64,000 nt of DNA. Source: Tepidisphaera sp. (lineage in GTDB: Bacteria; Planctomycetota; Phycisphaerae; Phycisphaerales; UBA1924). Below, piece by piece: positions 19,188 to 27,737 of the stretch. Location of the stretch: contig CP051526.1 of the NCBI GenBank assembly GCA_050916045.1, positions 2,528,001 to 2,592,000 of the forward strand. Direction: 5' to 3'. The notes beneath the pieces are model-generated. The model saw only the letters and a program-made list of their open reading frames with translations. It was not told where the DNA came from and ran no database searches. The position numbers and the translations under genes are program-made. Within the stretch, counting starts at the first letter, position 1. Each line of letters begins with the position of its first letter.

Positions 19188-20375
19188 GTGGCAACCTACA
19201 ACCCCAACTTCCAGCGCCGGCCAGACCCCGCACCGAGACTGCACCCCAAGAAGGTGCGGAGCGGCATCAAACTGACCGAGGGCGTCGGCGGGGTGCTCCC
19301 CTGGTCGAGCAGTTGGGCCGCGCAGCGATGGATCCGCATCGTCGAGTCTGTCGACGACGGGCAGAACCTCGTCGAAGGCCTCAACTACGCCAAGATCGGC
19401 CAGACCAAGACCCTCACCGCCGATGGGGGCGGCATCTCCGCCTCGATCCAAGGCCGATCCGACCGCCCATACACCGTCTCGATCGGGTTTGAGACCTTCG
19501 GCGATGAACAGTGGCACAAGATCATCAAAGCCATGTCCGAGGGCGCCGTGTACTCGGCCAAGCTGCTCTCGGGCGAGCTTCCCACCAACATCGACGACCT
19601 CTTCATCCCGCTTGGCCTCAAGCTCTTCCCCACGGAGGTGAGCGAGCTCAAGGTCAGCTGCACCTGCCGCAAGATCTGGGCCGCCGCGACGGCGCACCTT
19701 CAGAACCAAGGCCAGCCGCCCGCCGCGAGCGGGCCCGAGGACGCCGCGCCGGGCGAAGAGGCCGCCGCTCCCCCTTCTGCCCCACTTTCTGCTCCACCTT
19801 CTGCTCCCCCTCCACCACCGCCCGCCCCTCCGCTCCCTGCCGCCGCGGTCGCGGCGGCGGCCGCGGCGGAGTCCGACACGGGTGACCGCTGGTGCAAGCA
19901 CGCGTGCTGCGCGGCGTATCTCTTTGCCGAGCGCCTCACGACCGATCCTTTCCTGATGTTCCGCTTGCGGGGCATGCCGGGTGTGGAGCTTCTCGACCGG
20001 CTGCGTCACATGCGCTCGGTGGGCCAGCAGGGCGCGGGCTTGTACGTCGGCCGCGTGCCGGGCGTGTCGGATGTCGAATCGCCCGAGCTTGACGCGGTGG
20101 TGGAATCGTTCTGGGAGATGGGCCCGCAGCTTGCCGAGCTCGACATGACGATCGCCGCTCCGCCGATCACCCACCCGCTGCTCCGTCGACTCGGGCCAAG
20201 CCCCTTCGGCACGTCGACCTTCCCCCTCGTGGGCCTGCTCGCGTCGTGCTACGACTCAATCAGCGCCGACACGCTCAAACGGGCGGAGGAGTTCGCCTCG
20301 GGCGATGAGACGCTGAGCGGCGATGGCGAGGACTCAAGCGAATCCGCCGGCGACGACGACCATCCCGAGGGGTGA
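19188..20375 (+). CDS. SWIM zinc-finger protein (SNF2 partner)
   Basis: CTC...CKH motif and DPFLMFRLRG. It directly follows the SNF2 gene; GTG start inferred. Confidence 0.8.
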   Translation: MATYNPNFQRRPDPAPRLHPKKVRSGIKLTEGVGGVLPWSSSWAAQRWIRIVESVDDGQNLVEGLNYAKIGQTKTLTADGGGISASIQGRSDRPYTVSIGFETFGDEQWHKIIKAMSEGAVYSAKLLSGELPTNIDDLFIPLGLKLFPTEVSELKVSCTCRKIWAAATAHLQNQGQPPAASGPEDAAPGEEAAAPPSAPLSAPPSAPPPPPPAPPLPAAAVAAAAAAESDTGDRWCKHACCAAYLFAERLTTDPFLMFRLRGMPGVELLDRLRHMRSVGQQGAGLYVGRVPGVSDVESPELDAVVESFWEMGPQLAELDMTIAAPPITHPLLRRLGPSPFGTSTFPLVGLLASCYDSISADTLKRAEEFASGDETLSGDGEDSSESAGDDDHPEG

Positions 20376-20420
20376 TTCGGCTGCGACCAAGCCAGCCCGA
20401 CACACGCGCCAGCAAGAGAC

Positions 20421-20993
20421 ATGCTCGTGAACGACCCAGCCCTGAGAATCACGGATCGGCACGTCTTCTTCTGGGGCGGCTGGCCGTCCCAGTGGCACAA
20501 GTCCAAGTTCGTCATCGACCGCGTCCGCTACAACTGCTGCGAGTAGTACATGATGGCGGAGAAGGCGAGACTCTTCGGCGACCGCGATGCAGAGCGAGAC
20601 ATTCTCCGCGAGCACGATCCCCGCAAGCAGAAGGCTCTCGGTCGCGAGGTGCGGCGATTCGACGAGGAATCATGGCGGAGCGTGTGCCGAGCGATCGTCT
20701 ACTCCGCAAACCTTGCGAAGTTCGAACAGAACGCCGATCTGCGAGAGCTCCTGATCAAGACCTCGCCCCGCACCCTTGTGGAAGCGAGCCCATCGGACTC
20801 CATCTGGGGCATCGGTCTCGCAAAGGACGATCCGCGGGCGGACCAGCCCGAGCAATGGCCCGGCACGAACTGGCTTGGGATCGCGCTCGTGCAGGTCCGT
20901 GAGACATTGGAAGCAAGGGACGCGGGGCGAACCTACGAACTCGACCAATCGCTCGCCGCTCAGAAGCAAGCTCTGAATCGCATGCGGCGCTAG
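20421..20993 (+). pseudogene. NADAR (YbiA-like) family gene with an in-frame TAG at 20544-20546
   Basis: MLVNDP...FFWGGWPSQW...YNCCE*YMMAEKARLFGD...LVEASPSDSIWGIG...GTNWLG. The stop sits where the family motif EQYMM has Gln. Confidence 0.85.
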
Positions 20994-22222
20994 GAGCACA
21001 TCGACGCAAGCAGCTCCGCGTTCCTCGCGCTCGCGCCCTGATTGGCTTTCACGCACGCGACGGCTCGTTCACCGAGTCCCGCTCTCCCGGCGGGATCGCG
21101 GAGAAGCGTCTCAAGGTCGGCTTGGACCCGTTCACGCGTGGTTCGCACGATCGCGCCCGCATGATCCATCGTGCGGACGATCGTCTCGAAATCCTTGACC
21201 GCGGGGCCGATCACGACCGGTTTGCCAAGCGCCGCGGGCTCGATGGGGTCGGACCCGTACAGCGAGCCGAAGCTCCGGCCCATGACGACGACATCGGCGA
21301 GGGCATACGCCTTTCGAAGCTCCCCGATCGTGTCGAGCAGGAATCGCGTGGTCCCCGATGCCGCGGCAATCTTTTTCGACCGCCGCACGCACCCGGGAAG
21401 ACTCGAAGCCGCCTGATCGAAGTGCTCCGGCTTGCGAGGTGCGCACAGAAGCTGCACCTCCGGCCCGATCGCCAGGCACGCGGCGTGCAGGATCGCTTCC
21501 TCATCCTCCGCCGTGCTCCCGGCGACGACGAGCGGCTTGGTCCGGTCGATCCCGAGTTCGCGAGCAAGGTCGTCCGCTCCCGGCACGCTCGTCGCGATCG
21601 TGGCCGAGTCCCACTTCATCGACCCGGTGATGCAGCAGCGCTCGCGGGGCACGCCCATCGCGACAAACCGCTCGAAGTACGCGTCGTCCTGGACAGCGGC
21701 GACGGTGAGGCGGGCGAAGGTGGGCCCGAGGATCCGCTTGAAACGCGAGTACCCGCGGAACGACCGCTCGCTCAGCCTGCCGTTGATCACCGCGACAGGG
21801 ATGCCCCGCTTCTCGCACGCCCGGACAAAGTTCGGCCAAAGCTCAAGCTCGACGAGCGCGACGATGTCGGGCTTCACCGCTTCGAGAAACCGAGCGACAC
21901 AGGACGAGAAATCGATGGGGTAGCGAACGATCGTCGCTTGGCTCGCGCCCGGCTTGCCGTAAAGCTCGCGGGCCCGTGCAATCCCGGTATCCGTGCCGAC
22001 AGAGATCACCAGATCCCAATCGGGCGTGAGGAGCGGGACCAGATGCCGCAGAGCCGCGACCTCCCCCACCGACACCGCGTGGAGCATGAGCCTCGGCCTG
22101 CCGCTTTTGGGAAGAGGATCCGCGAATCCGCGCCTCGCCCGCCAGTCCCCCCTCGTCTTCCGCATCCAGACCGGGGCCAGGACCGTCGCGCCGATCGTGT
22201 AGAGGAGGTCGAATGCGTTCAT
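20990..22222 (-). CDS. waaA: 3-deoxy-D-manno-octulosonic acid transferase
   Basis: HAVSVGE, ELELWPN, INGRLSERS, AGST, APRKPE and LLDTIGEL motifs. Confidence 0.93.
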   Translation of the reverse strand: MNAFDLLYTIGATVLAPVWMRKTRGDWRARRGFADPLPKSGRPRLMLHAVSVGEVAALRHLVPLLTPDWDLVISVGTDTGIARARELYGKPGASQATIVRYPIDFSSCVARFLEAVKPDIVALVELELWPNFVRACEKRGIPVAVINGRLSERSFRGYSRFKRILGPTFARLTVAAVQDDAYFERFVAMGVPRERCCITGSMKWDSATIATSVPGADDLARELGIDRTKPLVVAGSTAEDEEAILHAACLAIGPEVQLLCAPRKPEHFDQAASSLPGCVRRSKKIAAASGTTRFLLDTIGELRKAYALADVVVMGRSFGSLYGSDPIEPAALGKPVVIGPAVKDFETIVRTMDHAGAIVRTTRERVQADLETLLRDPAGRAGLGERAVACVKANQGASARNAELLASMCS

Positions 22223-22269
22223 GGAAAGAAAGAAATCCGCGAACTGGCGCCGCCACGCGCGGCAGGAAA

Positions 22270-22342
22270 TGGGCAGACGGGGATTCGAACCCCGAACCCC
22301 TTGCGTGTAAAGCAAGTGCTCTAGCCGTTGAGCTATCCGCCC
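22270..22342 (-). tRNA. tRNA-Val (TAC)
   Basis: Reverse complement reads GGGCGGATAGCTCAACGGCTAGAGCA-CTTGC TT TAC AC GCAAG-GGGTTCGGGGTTCGAATCCCCG-TCTGCCCA. Confidence 0.95.
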
Positions 22343-22429
22343 GGCGATCGATCATACGGCGACCGCCCTCGCCTAACGCACCCTCCGGAACGTTCCGGCC
22401 AACGAGTCGGGTGGGTAGAATGCGGACCT

Positions 22430-23854
22430 ATGGCCCACCACAAGTCCGCCGACCCCTCCATCTTCATCCTCCCCGACCTGGGCGAAGGCGTCCACGAAGC
22501 CGAACTCATCAAGTGGCGGGTCACGCCCGGCCAGACGGTCAAGGAGCACGACATCCTCGCCGAGATGGAGACCGACAAAGCCCTCGTCGAAGTGCCCAGC
22601 CCGCGGGCCGGAACCATCAAGCAGCTCCACGGCAGCGAGGGAGAGATTCTCCACGTCGGCAACGTTCTCGTGACCTACGAGGGCGGCACAGCGTCCGCCG
22701 CCAGCCCAGCCCCGAAGGAAGCTCCCGCGTCAAAGCCCGCTCCGGCGGCTTCCTCGAACGGATCCGCCGGATCGTCCTCGGCTGGTGAAGAACGCGAAGA
22801 CGCCGGCACCGTCGTCGGCATGATGAAGAAGGAAGAGGGCCCCGAGCCTGGCAAAGCCCTCGCCACGCCCGCCGTCCGCCGGCTGGCTCGCGACATGGGC
22901 GTCGACATCGACTCCGTCACCGGCACCGGCATCGGCGGCCGCGTCACCGAGAAGGACGTCCGTGGCCACCAAGCCCCGCAGCGCAAGCAGTCGGCGGCAT
23001 CCCCGGCGCCCGCCGCTCCCAAAGCCGCTCCGGCTCCCGCGCCGCGAGCCGCGTCCGCACCGGCTCCTCGTCCCGCCCCGGCCGAGACCAACTTCGCGGC
23101 GTCGCTCGCAGTCGGCTCCGCCGCGCCCGACGAGACCACCCGTGTCCCCTTCCGCGGCGTCCGCCGCACCATCGCCAATCGCCTTCGCGAGAGCATCGAG
23201 CAGGCCGTCCACTTCACCGTCATGGATGAAGCCGACGTCTCCGCACTGGACTCTCTCCGCAAGAAGCTCGGCGCCGCCAGCGGCGAAAAAGTCAGCTTCC
23301 TCCCCTTCGTCGCCGCCGCCGTCTGCCGCGTCCTGGGTCAGCCCCAGTTCCGCGCGATGAACGCCACCGTCGACGAAAAGCCCGGCGACGCGAGCGCCGA
23401 AGCCGCCATCATCCAGCACCGCAGCGTCCACCTCGGCATCGCCGCCGACACCGACAACGGCCTCATGGTCCCCGTCATCCGCGACTGCGACCGCCTCGGC
23501 GTCCTCCAGATCGGCCGCTCCATCGCCGCCATCGCCGACCAGGCCCGCACACGCTCCATCGCCCGCGAGAACCTCATCGGCGGCACCTTCACCATCAGCA
23601 ACGTCGGCAGCCACGCCGGCCGGTTCGCCACCCCGATCATCAACTACCCCGAGGTCGCCATCCTCGCCGTCGGCCGCGCCCGCCACGCCCCGGTCGTCCG
23701 CGGCGGCGGCATCTTCGTCGGCAACCTGCTCCCGCTTTCGCTCGCCTGCGACCATCGCGTCGTCGACGGAGCAACCGCGGCCCTCGCTTTGGCAGAGATC
23801 ATCAAGTTGCTCCAGGACCACCCCGACACCCTTCTGGGACCCGCCCGGGGCTGA
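22430..23854 (+). CDS. 2-oxoacid dehydrogenase E2 dihydrolipoamide acyltransferase
   Basis: Lipoyl domain (LPDLGEG, ETDKA), E3-binding domain (ATPAVRRLA) and catalytic DHRVVDG. Confidence 0.93.
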   Translation: MAHHKSADPSIFILPDLGEGVHEAELIKWRVTPGQTVKEHDILAEMETDKALVEVPSPRAGTIKQLHGSEGEILHVGNVLVTYEGGTASAASPAPKEAPASKPAPAASSNGSAGSSSAGEEREDAGTVVGMMKKEEGPEPGKALATPAVRRLARDMGVDIDSVTGTGIGGRVTEKDVRGHQAPQRKQSAASPAPAAPKAAPAPAPRAASAPAPRPAPAETNFAASLAVGSAAPDETTRVPFRGVRRTIANRLRESIEQAVHFTVMDEADVSALDSLRKKLGAASGEKVSFLPFVAAAVCRVLGQPQFRAMNATVDEKPGDASAEAAIIQHRSVHLGIAADTDNGLMVPVIRDCDRLGVLQIGRSIAAIADQARTRSIARENLIGGTFTISNVGSHAGRFATPIINYPEVAILAVGRARHAPVVRGGGIFVGNLLPLSLACDHRVVDGATAALALAEIIKLLQDHPDTLLGPARG

Positions 23855-24045
23855 GCAACTGCGGACTGATCGATCACTGGCTCACATATGTGCCTCAGGC
23901 ACACTCACGGTGCTTTCGCAGTCGCCGAACCGAAATGGCGGTATGACGCCATTACGCAACCCGGTGCTTTCCCTAAGTTGAATGCCATGAACCTTGCGGA
24001 GCCGGATCGGCATGTATGCTGTCGGACAGCATCTGTGTCATTCCC

Positions 24046-24669
24046 ATGGCGGATCTTCCACTCACAACGACGAAACTTCTCGACCGCTTGCGGGCCTGTG
24101 CCGCGGGCGGCGTGAGCGTCGACACCGACACCGCGTGGGGCGAGATCGACGCCCGGTATCGCCCGGTCCTGCTCGGCTTCACGCGTTCACTCGGGCTTTC
24201 GCAGTCCGACGCGGAGGATGCGGCCCAGTGGGCGCTCGCCGAACTTTCCCGCGCGTTGAGCCAGGGCCAGTACGAGCGGGGCAAAGGGAGGCTTCGGTCG
24301 TGGGTGATGGGGATCGCCCGGCACCGCGTTCAGATGACCAAGCGAGCCGCCGCACGCCGGCGCGAGTCACCCCTGTCCGATCCGACACCGCTCGTCGAGA
24401 CGCCGGACGATGCCACACTCTCCGGAATCTGGGACCGAGAGATGGAACGGACCATCTTCGCCGAAGCATGGCGTCTGGTCCAGCCCCGCTTCGCGCCGGC
24501 GACGCTTCGGGCGTTCGAGCTCGTCGCCATGCGAGAATCCCCTGCGGAAGCCGCCGCCGACGAATGCGGCATGTCCGTTGAAAGCGTCTATGTCGCCAAA
24601 TCGCGCGTGACCAAGGCGCTCAAGGAACTCGCGACCGAACTCGCGTCGCGATACGCCGAAGACCAATAG
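24046..24669 (+). CDS. ECF RNA polymerase sigma factor
   Basis: DAEDAAQ, YERGKGRLRSW and region-4 helix-turn-helix SVYVAKSRV. A kinase gene lies directly downstream. Confidence 0.88.
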   Translation: MADLPLTTTKLLDRLRACAAGGVSVDTDTAWGEIDARYRPVLLGFTRSLGLSQSDAEDAAQWALAELSRALSQGQYERGKGRLRSWVMGIARHRVQMTKRAAARRRESPLSDPTPLVETPDDATLSGIWDREMERTIFAEAWRLVQPRFAPATLRAFELVAMRESPAEAAADECGMSVESVYVAKSRVTKALKELATELASRYAEDQ

Positions 24670-24776
24670 CGCCACCCGATGCCCGAGGACCCTTTACGCC
24701 CATTCCCTCGTCACCAATCCCCGGTCCGACGACCCCCTGCCCGTCCGATGAGACGCTACTCGCCGTCGCCGGGGGG

Positions 24777-27683
24777 ATGCCCCTGGCACCCGCCCTCGCC
24801 GAGCACCTGGCCTCGTGCGTCCGCTGCCGCGGCATCCTCGAAACGCTCGACAGCGACGACCGCTTCACCCGTCGGTTCGCCATGATGATGCGGCCCGAAT
24901 CCGCGGCACGCCAGGCCGACGACCAAGCCCCGCCCGAGGTCCCGGGATACACGATCGAAAGCGAACTGGCTCGCGGCGGGCAGGGCGTCGTCTATCGCGC
25001 CGTCCAGCACGAAACCCACCGCCCGGTCGCCCTCAAAGCCATCCTCCGCGGCGTGCTCGCCTCGCAACGCGAAATCGCCCGATTCGAGCGCGAGGTGGAG
25101 ATCGCCGCCTCCCTCCGCCACCCCAACATCGTCACCGTGTTCGAGGCCCGCCTCCTCCCCGACGGCCGGCACGTTCTCGCGATGGATCTGGTCGAAGGGG
25201 TCCCCCTCTCCACCTGGGCCGCCGGCGTTCCCAAGGACCTTGCGGGCCTGCGAACTCGCCTCACGCTGATCCGCGACACCGCCCGAGCCGTGCAGTACGC
25301 CCACAGCAAGGGCGTCATCCACCGGGACCTCAAGCCCGGCAACATCCTCGTCGAACACGCCACGCACTCGCCCAAGATCCTTGATTTCGGCCTCGCACGC
25401 AGCTCCTTTGAGACCGACCCTGCCGCTCTCTCACCAAAGCCCGCCACGAAAGACCCGACGATGCTGGGCGGGCTCACGATGATCGGGGTCTTCCAGGGCA
25501 CCCCCGCCTACGCCGCCCCGGAACAGTTCGACGGCGAGCCCGGCCGCATCGACGTCCGAACCGACGTCTACGCCCTGGGCGTCATGCTCCACGAACTTCT
25601 CACCGGCCAGTGCCCCTTCGCCGATTCCAAAGATCAATTCACCCTCATCGCCTCGACCAAACGGATGAAGATGCTGCCCGAGCCCTCGGCCGTCGCGAAG
25701 GCCGACGGCCCTGCCGGGATATCGGGGATCGGCCACGACATCGACGCCGTCGTCGCCCGCGCCACCGCCCCCGCTCGCGACCAGCGATATCCCACCGCCG
25801 CCGCGTTCGCGGACGATCTGGACGCGCTGCTCGTCGGGGAGGCGGTGTCGGCGCGGAAGGGGCGGGGCTATCGAGCTTCCAAGTTCGCCCGCCGACATCG
25901 TCTGATCCTCATCGCGCTGTCGATCGTGATTTTCGCGAGCGCCGGCGGCATCCTCGCTTTGGTCTCGACCAAGGTCGCTCGTGAACGCGAGCAGTTTGAG
26001 CGTGCACGCTCTCGCACCGAGGGTGCCAAGGCCCAGGCCATCGCCCAGATCCTCCATGAACTGATCCCGCTCCACGAGACAAACCACACCGACCGACAGT
26101 CAGAGCAGCGGATCATTCTCGACCGCCTCAACAACACGCTCGGCAGCGGCGCGTTCGCGGCGCAGGACGAGGTACTCGTCGCGCTCCACACGATGCTCTC
26201 CCAAATCTACGCCGACAGGAGAGAGTTCGGCTTTTCCCACGTCAATCTCTCGCGGGCATTGCTCCTCACCAAGAAGGCCTTCGGCGATGAGCACCCCGAG
26301 ACGGCGACCGTGCTCGCACTCTACGCGGATGTACTGATCCAACGCGGCAGCTTCCCCGAAGCGCTCGGCCACGCGAACGAATCCCTCCGCATCCGCGCGA
26401 TGTATTTCGCGAACGACGAGGAGCCGGTCATTGCTTCTCGGTGTTTGCTCGCGCGTGTCCACCTCGCCAGCGGGCGCATCGCGGAAGCCGCCGTGGAGGC
26501 AGAGGCCGCGGCGAGGCTGATCGACACAAAGGGGTCGACCCTCGGGACCGTGCTTCACGCCCAGATTCTCCGCACGCTCTCCGAGGTTCGAGCCAAGCAG
26601 GACGATCCACTCCAAGCACGCAAACTCTCGATGCAATCGATAGAAGTACTCCTCAAACTGCTCCCCGACGAAGACCCGGAAATCACACGCGGGCTCCGTT
26701 CTCTCGCGACTGTCGATCCGTCCCGGCCCGACCTCGAAGCCCTCGCCGATGCCATCTCAACCTCACGCCCGACTTCGAGGCCGACCGATGTTTGGACGCG
26801 GTGGATCGCATTCAAGACGGAACTCCTCGGCAAGGACAGCGAGCGTGTCGCGCAGTCCTACCGCACCATGGGAAATGTGCTCCGCGATCGGTTGGAACTC
26901 CGGCCTGCCCTCGCGGCGTTCGACAACGCCATCGACATTTACACGCGAACGCGCGGGGATACCAGCCTGGCAGTCCTCGAGTGCCTGACCGATAAGTACC
27001 TGGTCTCCATTTACGCAACCACCGGTCCACGCGAGGAACCTCTGCAGGTCGCCAAACGCCGCCTCCACATCGCTCGAAATCTGAAAGAGCCTATCGAAGA
27101 CGTTTCGATCGCCAGCATTTGGCGTGAATATGCCCACGAACCCATATTCAATGGTCGACTCGATGAGGCCGAGGTTGAACTCAGAGCCGCCGCAGCGTTC
27201 GCAAGAGACCGTCTGATCTCGGGCATCGAGTGCTCGCGATGCCCCCTCATCCTTGCCCAACAGCGATACTACAAAGGAGACATCGCCGAAGCCCTCCTCG
27301 CGCAGCAGTCCTACGACGAAGCCTTCGCCGCCGACCCCAAGCACTACGAGATGCCCTGGAAGCGGATCGTCCTCGGTTGCTGCCTCGCCGCCAACGGAGA
27401 CCTTGATCGTGCGGAGCAGTTCATCTCCGCCGAGCACGCATGGATCTTTCTGCTCTCCTGGGGGCGCATCGGCGAAGCCGTGCCGCACATGATCCGCGAC
27501 ACCGCCGCCCGCTTCCGTGCCGCCGGACGAGAGGCTCCCGCCCTGATTCTCGAAGAGGCTCTCGCAGCGATCGACCCGCGCCCGCGGACGCTCGACGCCC
27601 CGCTCCCGCTTCAGGATTTCGCTCGACCAATGCCCCCCGGCACCCCGAAGGGTGCCGGAGGACGAGGAGTGCCCCAACCCTGA
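24777..27683 (+). CDS. Membrane Ser/Thr protein kinase with TPR repeats; true start probably 24679 via a frameshift
   Basis: ARGGQGVVY, VALK, HRDLKPGN, DFG, GTPAYAAPE and DVYALG motifs, followed by a TM helix, TPRs (GDEHPETA) and an N-terminal HLASCVRC. Confidence 0.92.
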   Translation: MPLAPALAEHLASCVRCRGILETLDSDDRFTRRFAMMMRPESAARQADDQAPPEVPGYTIESELARGGQGVVYRAVQHETHRPVALKAILRGVLASQREIARFEREVEIAASLRHPNIVTVFEARLLPDGRHVLAMDLVEGVPLSTWAAGVPKDLAGLRTRLTLIRDTARAVQYAHSKGVIHRDLKPGNILVEHATHSPKILDFGLARSSFETDPAALSPKPATKDPTMLGGLTMIGVFQGTPAYAAPEQFDGEPGRIDVRTDVYALGVMLHELLTGQCPFADSKDQFTLIASTKRMKMLPEPSAVAKADGPAGISGIGHDIDAVVARATAPARDQRYPTAAAFADDLDALLVGEAVSARKGRGYRASKFARRHRLILIALSIVIFASAGGILALVSTKVAREREQFERARSRTEGAKAQAIAQILHELIPLHETNHTDRQSEQRIILDRLNNTLGSGAFAAQDEVLVALHTMLSQIYADRREFGFSHVNLSRALLLTKKAFGDEHPETATVLALYADVLIQRGSFPEALGHANESLRIRAMYFANDEEPVIASRCLLARVHLASGRIAEAAVEAEAAARLIDTKGSTLGTVLHAQILRTLSEVRAKQDDPLQARKLSMQSIEVLLKLLPDEDPEITRGLRSLATVDPSRPDLEALADAISTSRPTSRPTDVWTRWIAFKTELLGKDSERVAQSYRTMGNVLRDRLELRPALAAFDNAIDIYTRTRGDTSLAVLECLTDKYLVSIYATTGPREEPLQVAKRRLHIARNLKEPIEDVSIASIWREYAHEPIFNGRLDEAEVELRAAAAFARDRLISGIECSRCPLILAQQRYYKGDIAEALLAQQSYDEAFAADPKHYEMPWKRIVLGCCLAANGDLDRAEQFISAEHAWIFLLSWGRIGEAVPHMIRDTAARFRAAGREAPALILEEALAAIDPRPRTLDAPLPLQDFARPMPPGTPKGAGGRGVPQP

Positions 27684-27737
27684 TCCCGCACCACCGACCC
27701 GAGACGCCGGGCTCTGGCGCGGAATCTCGTGCCCGAA

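Noticed and set aside
6320..20546. TAA/TAG reassignment to Gln, suggested by two in-frame stops and two tRNA-Gln genes
   Set aside because: Both tRNA-Gln genes have normal CTG/TTG anticodons, and TAA and TAG end many intact genes here (rplI, rplY, tyrS, the prs fusion).
23908..23971. CGGTGCTTTC direct repeat upstream of the ECF gene
   Set aside because: A single 10-bp pair with no other support.
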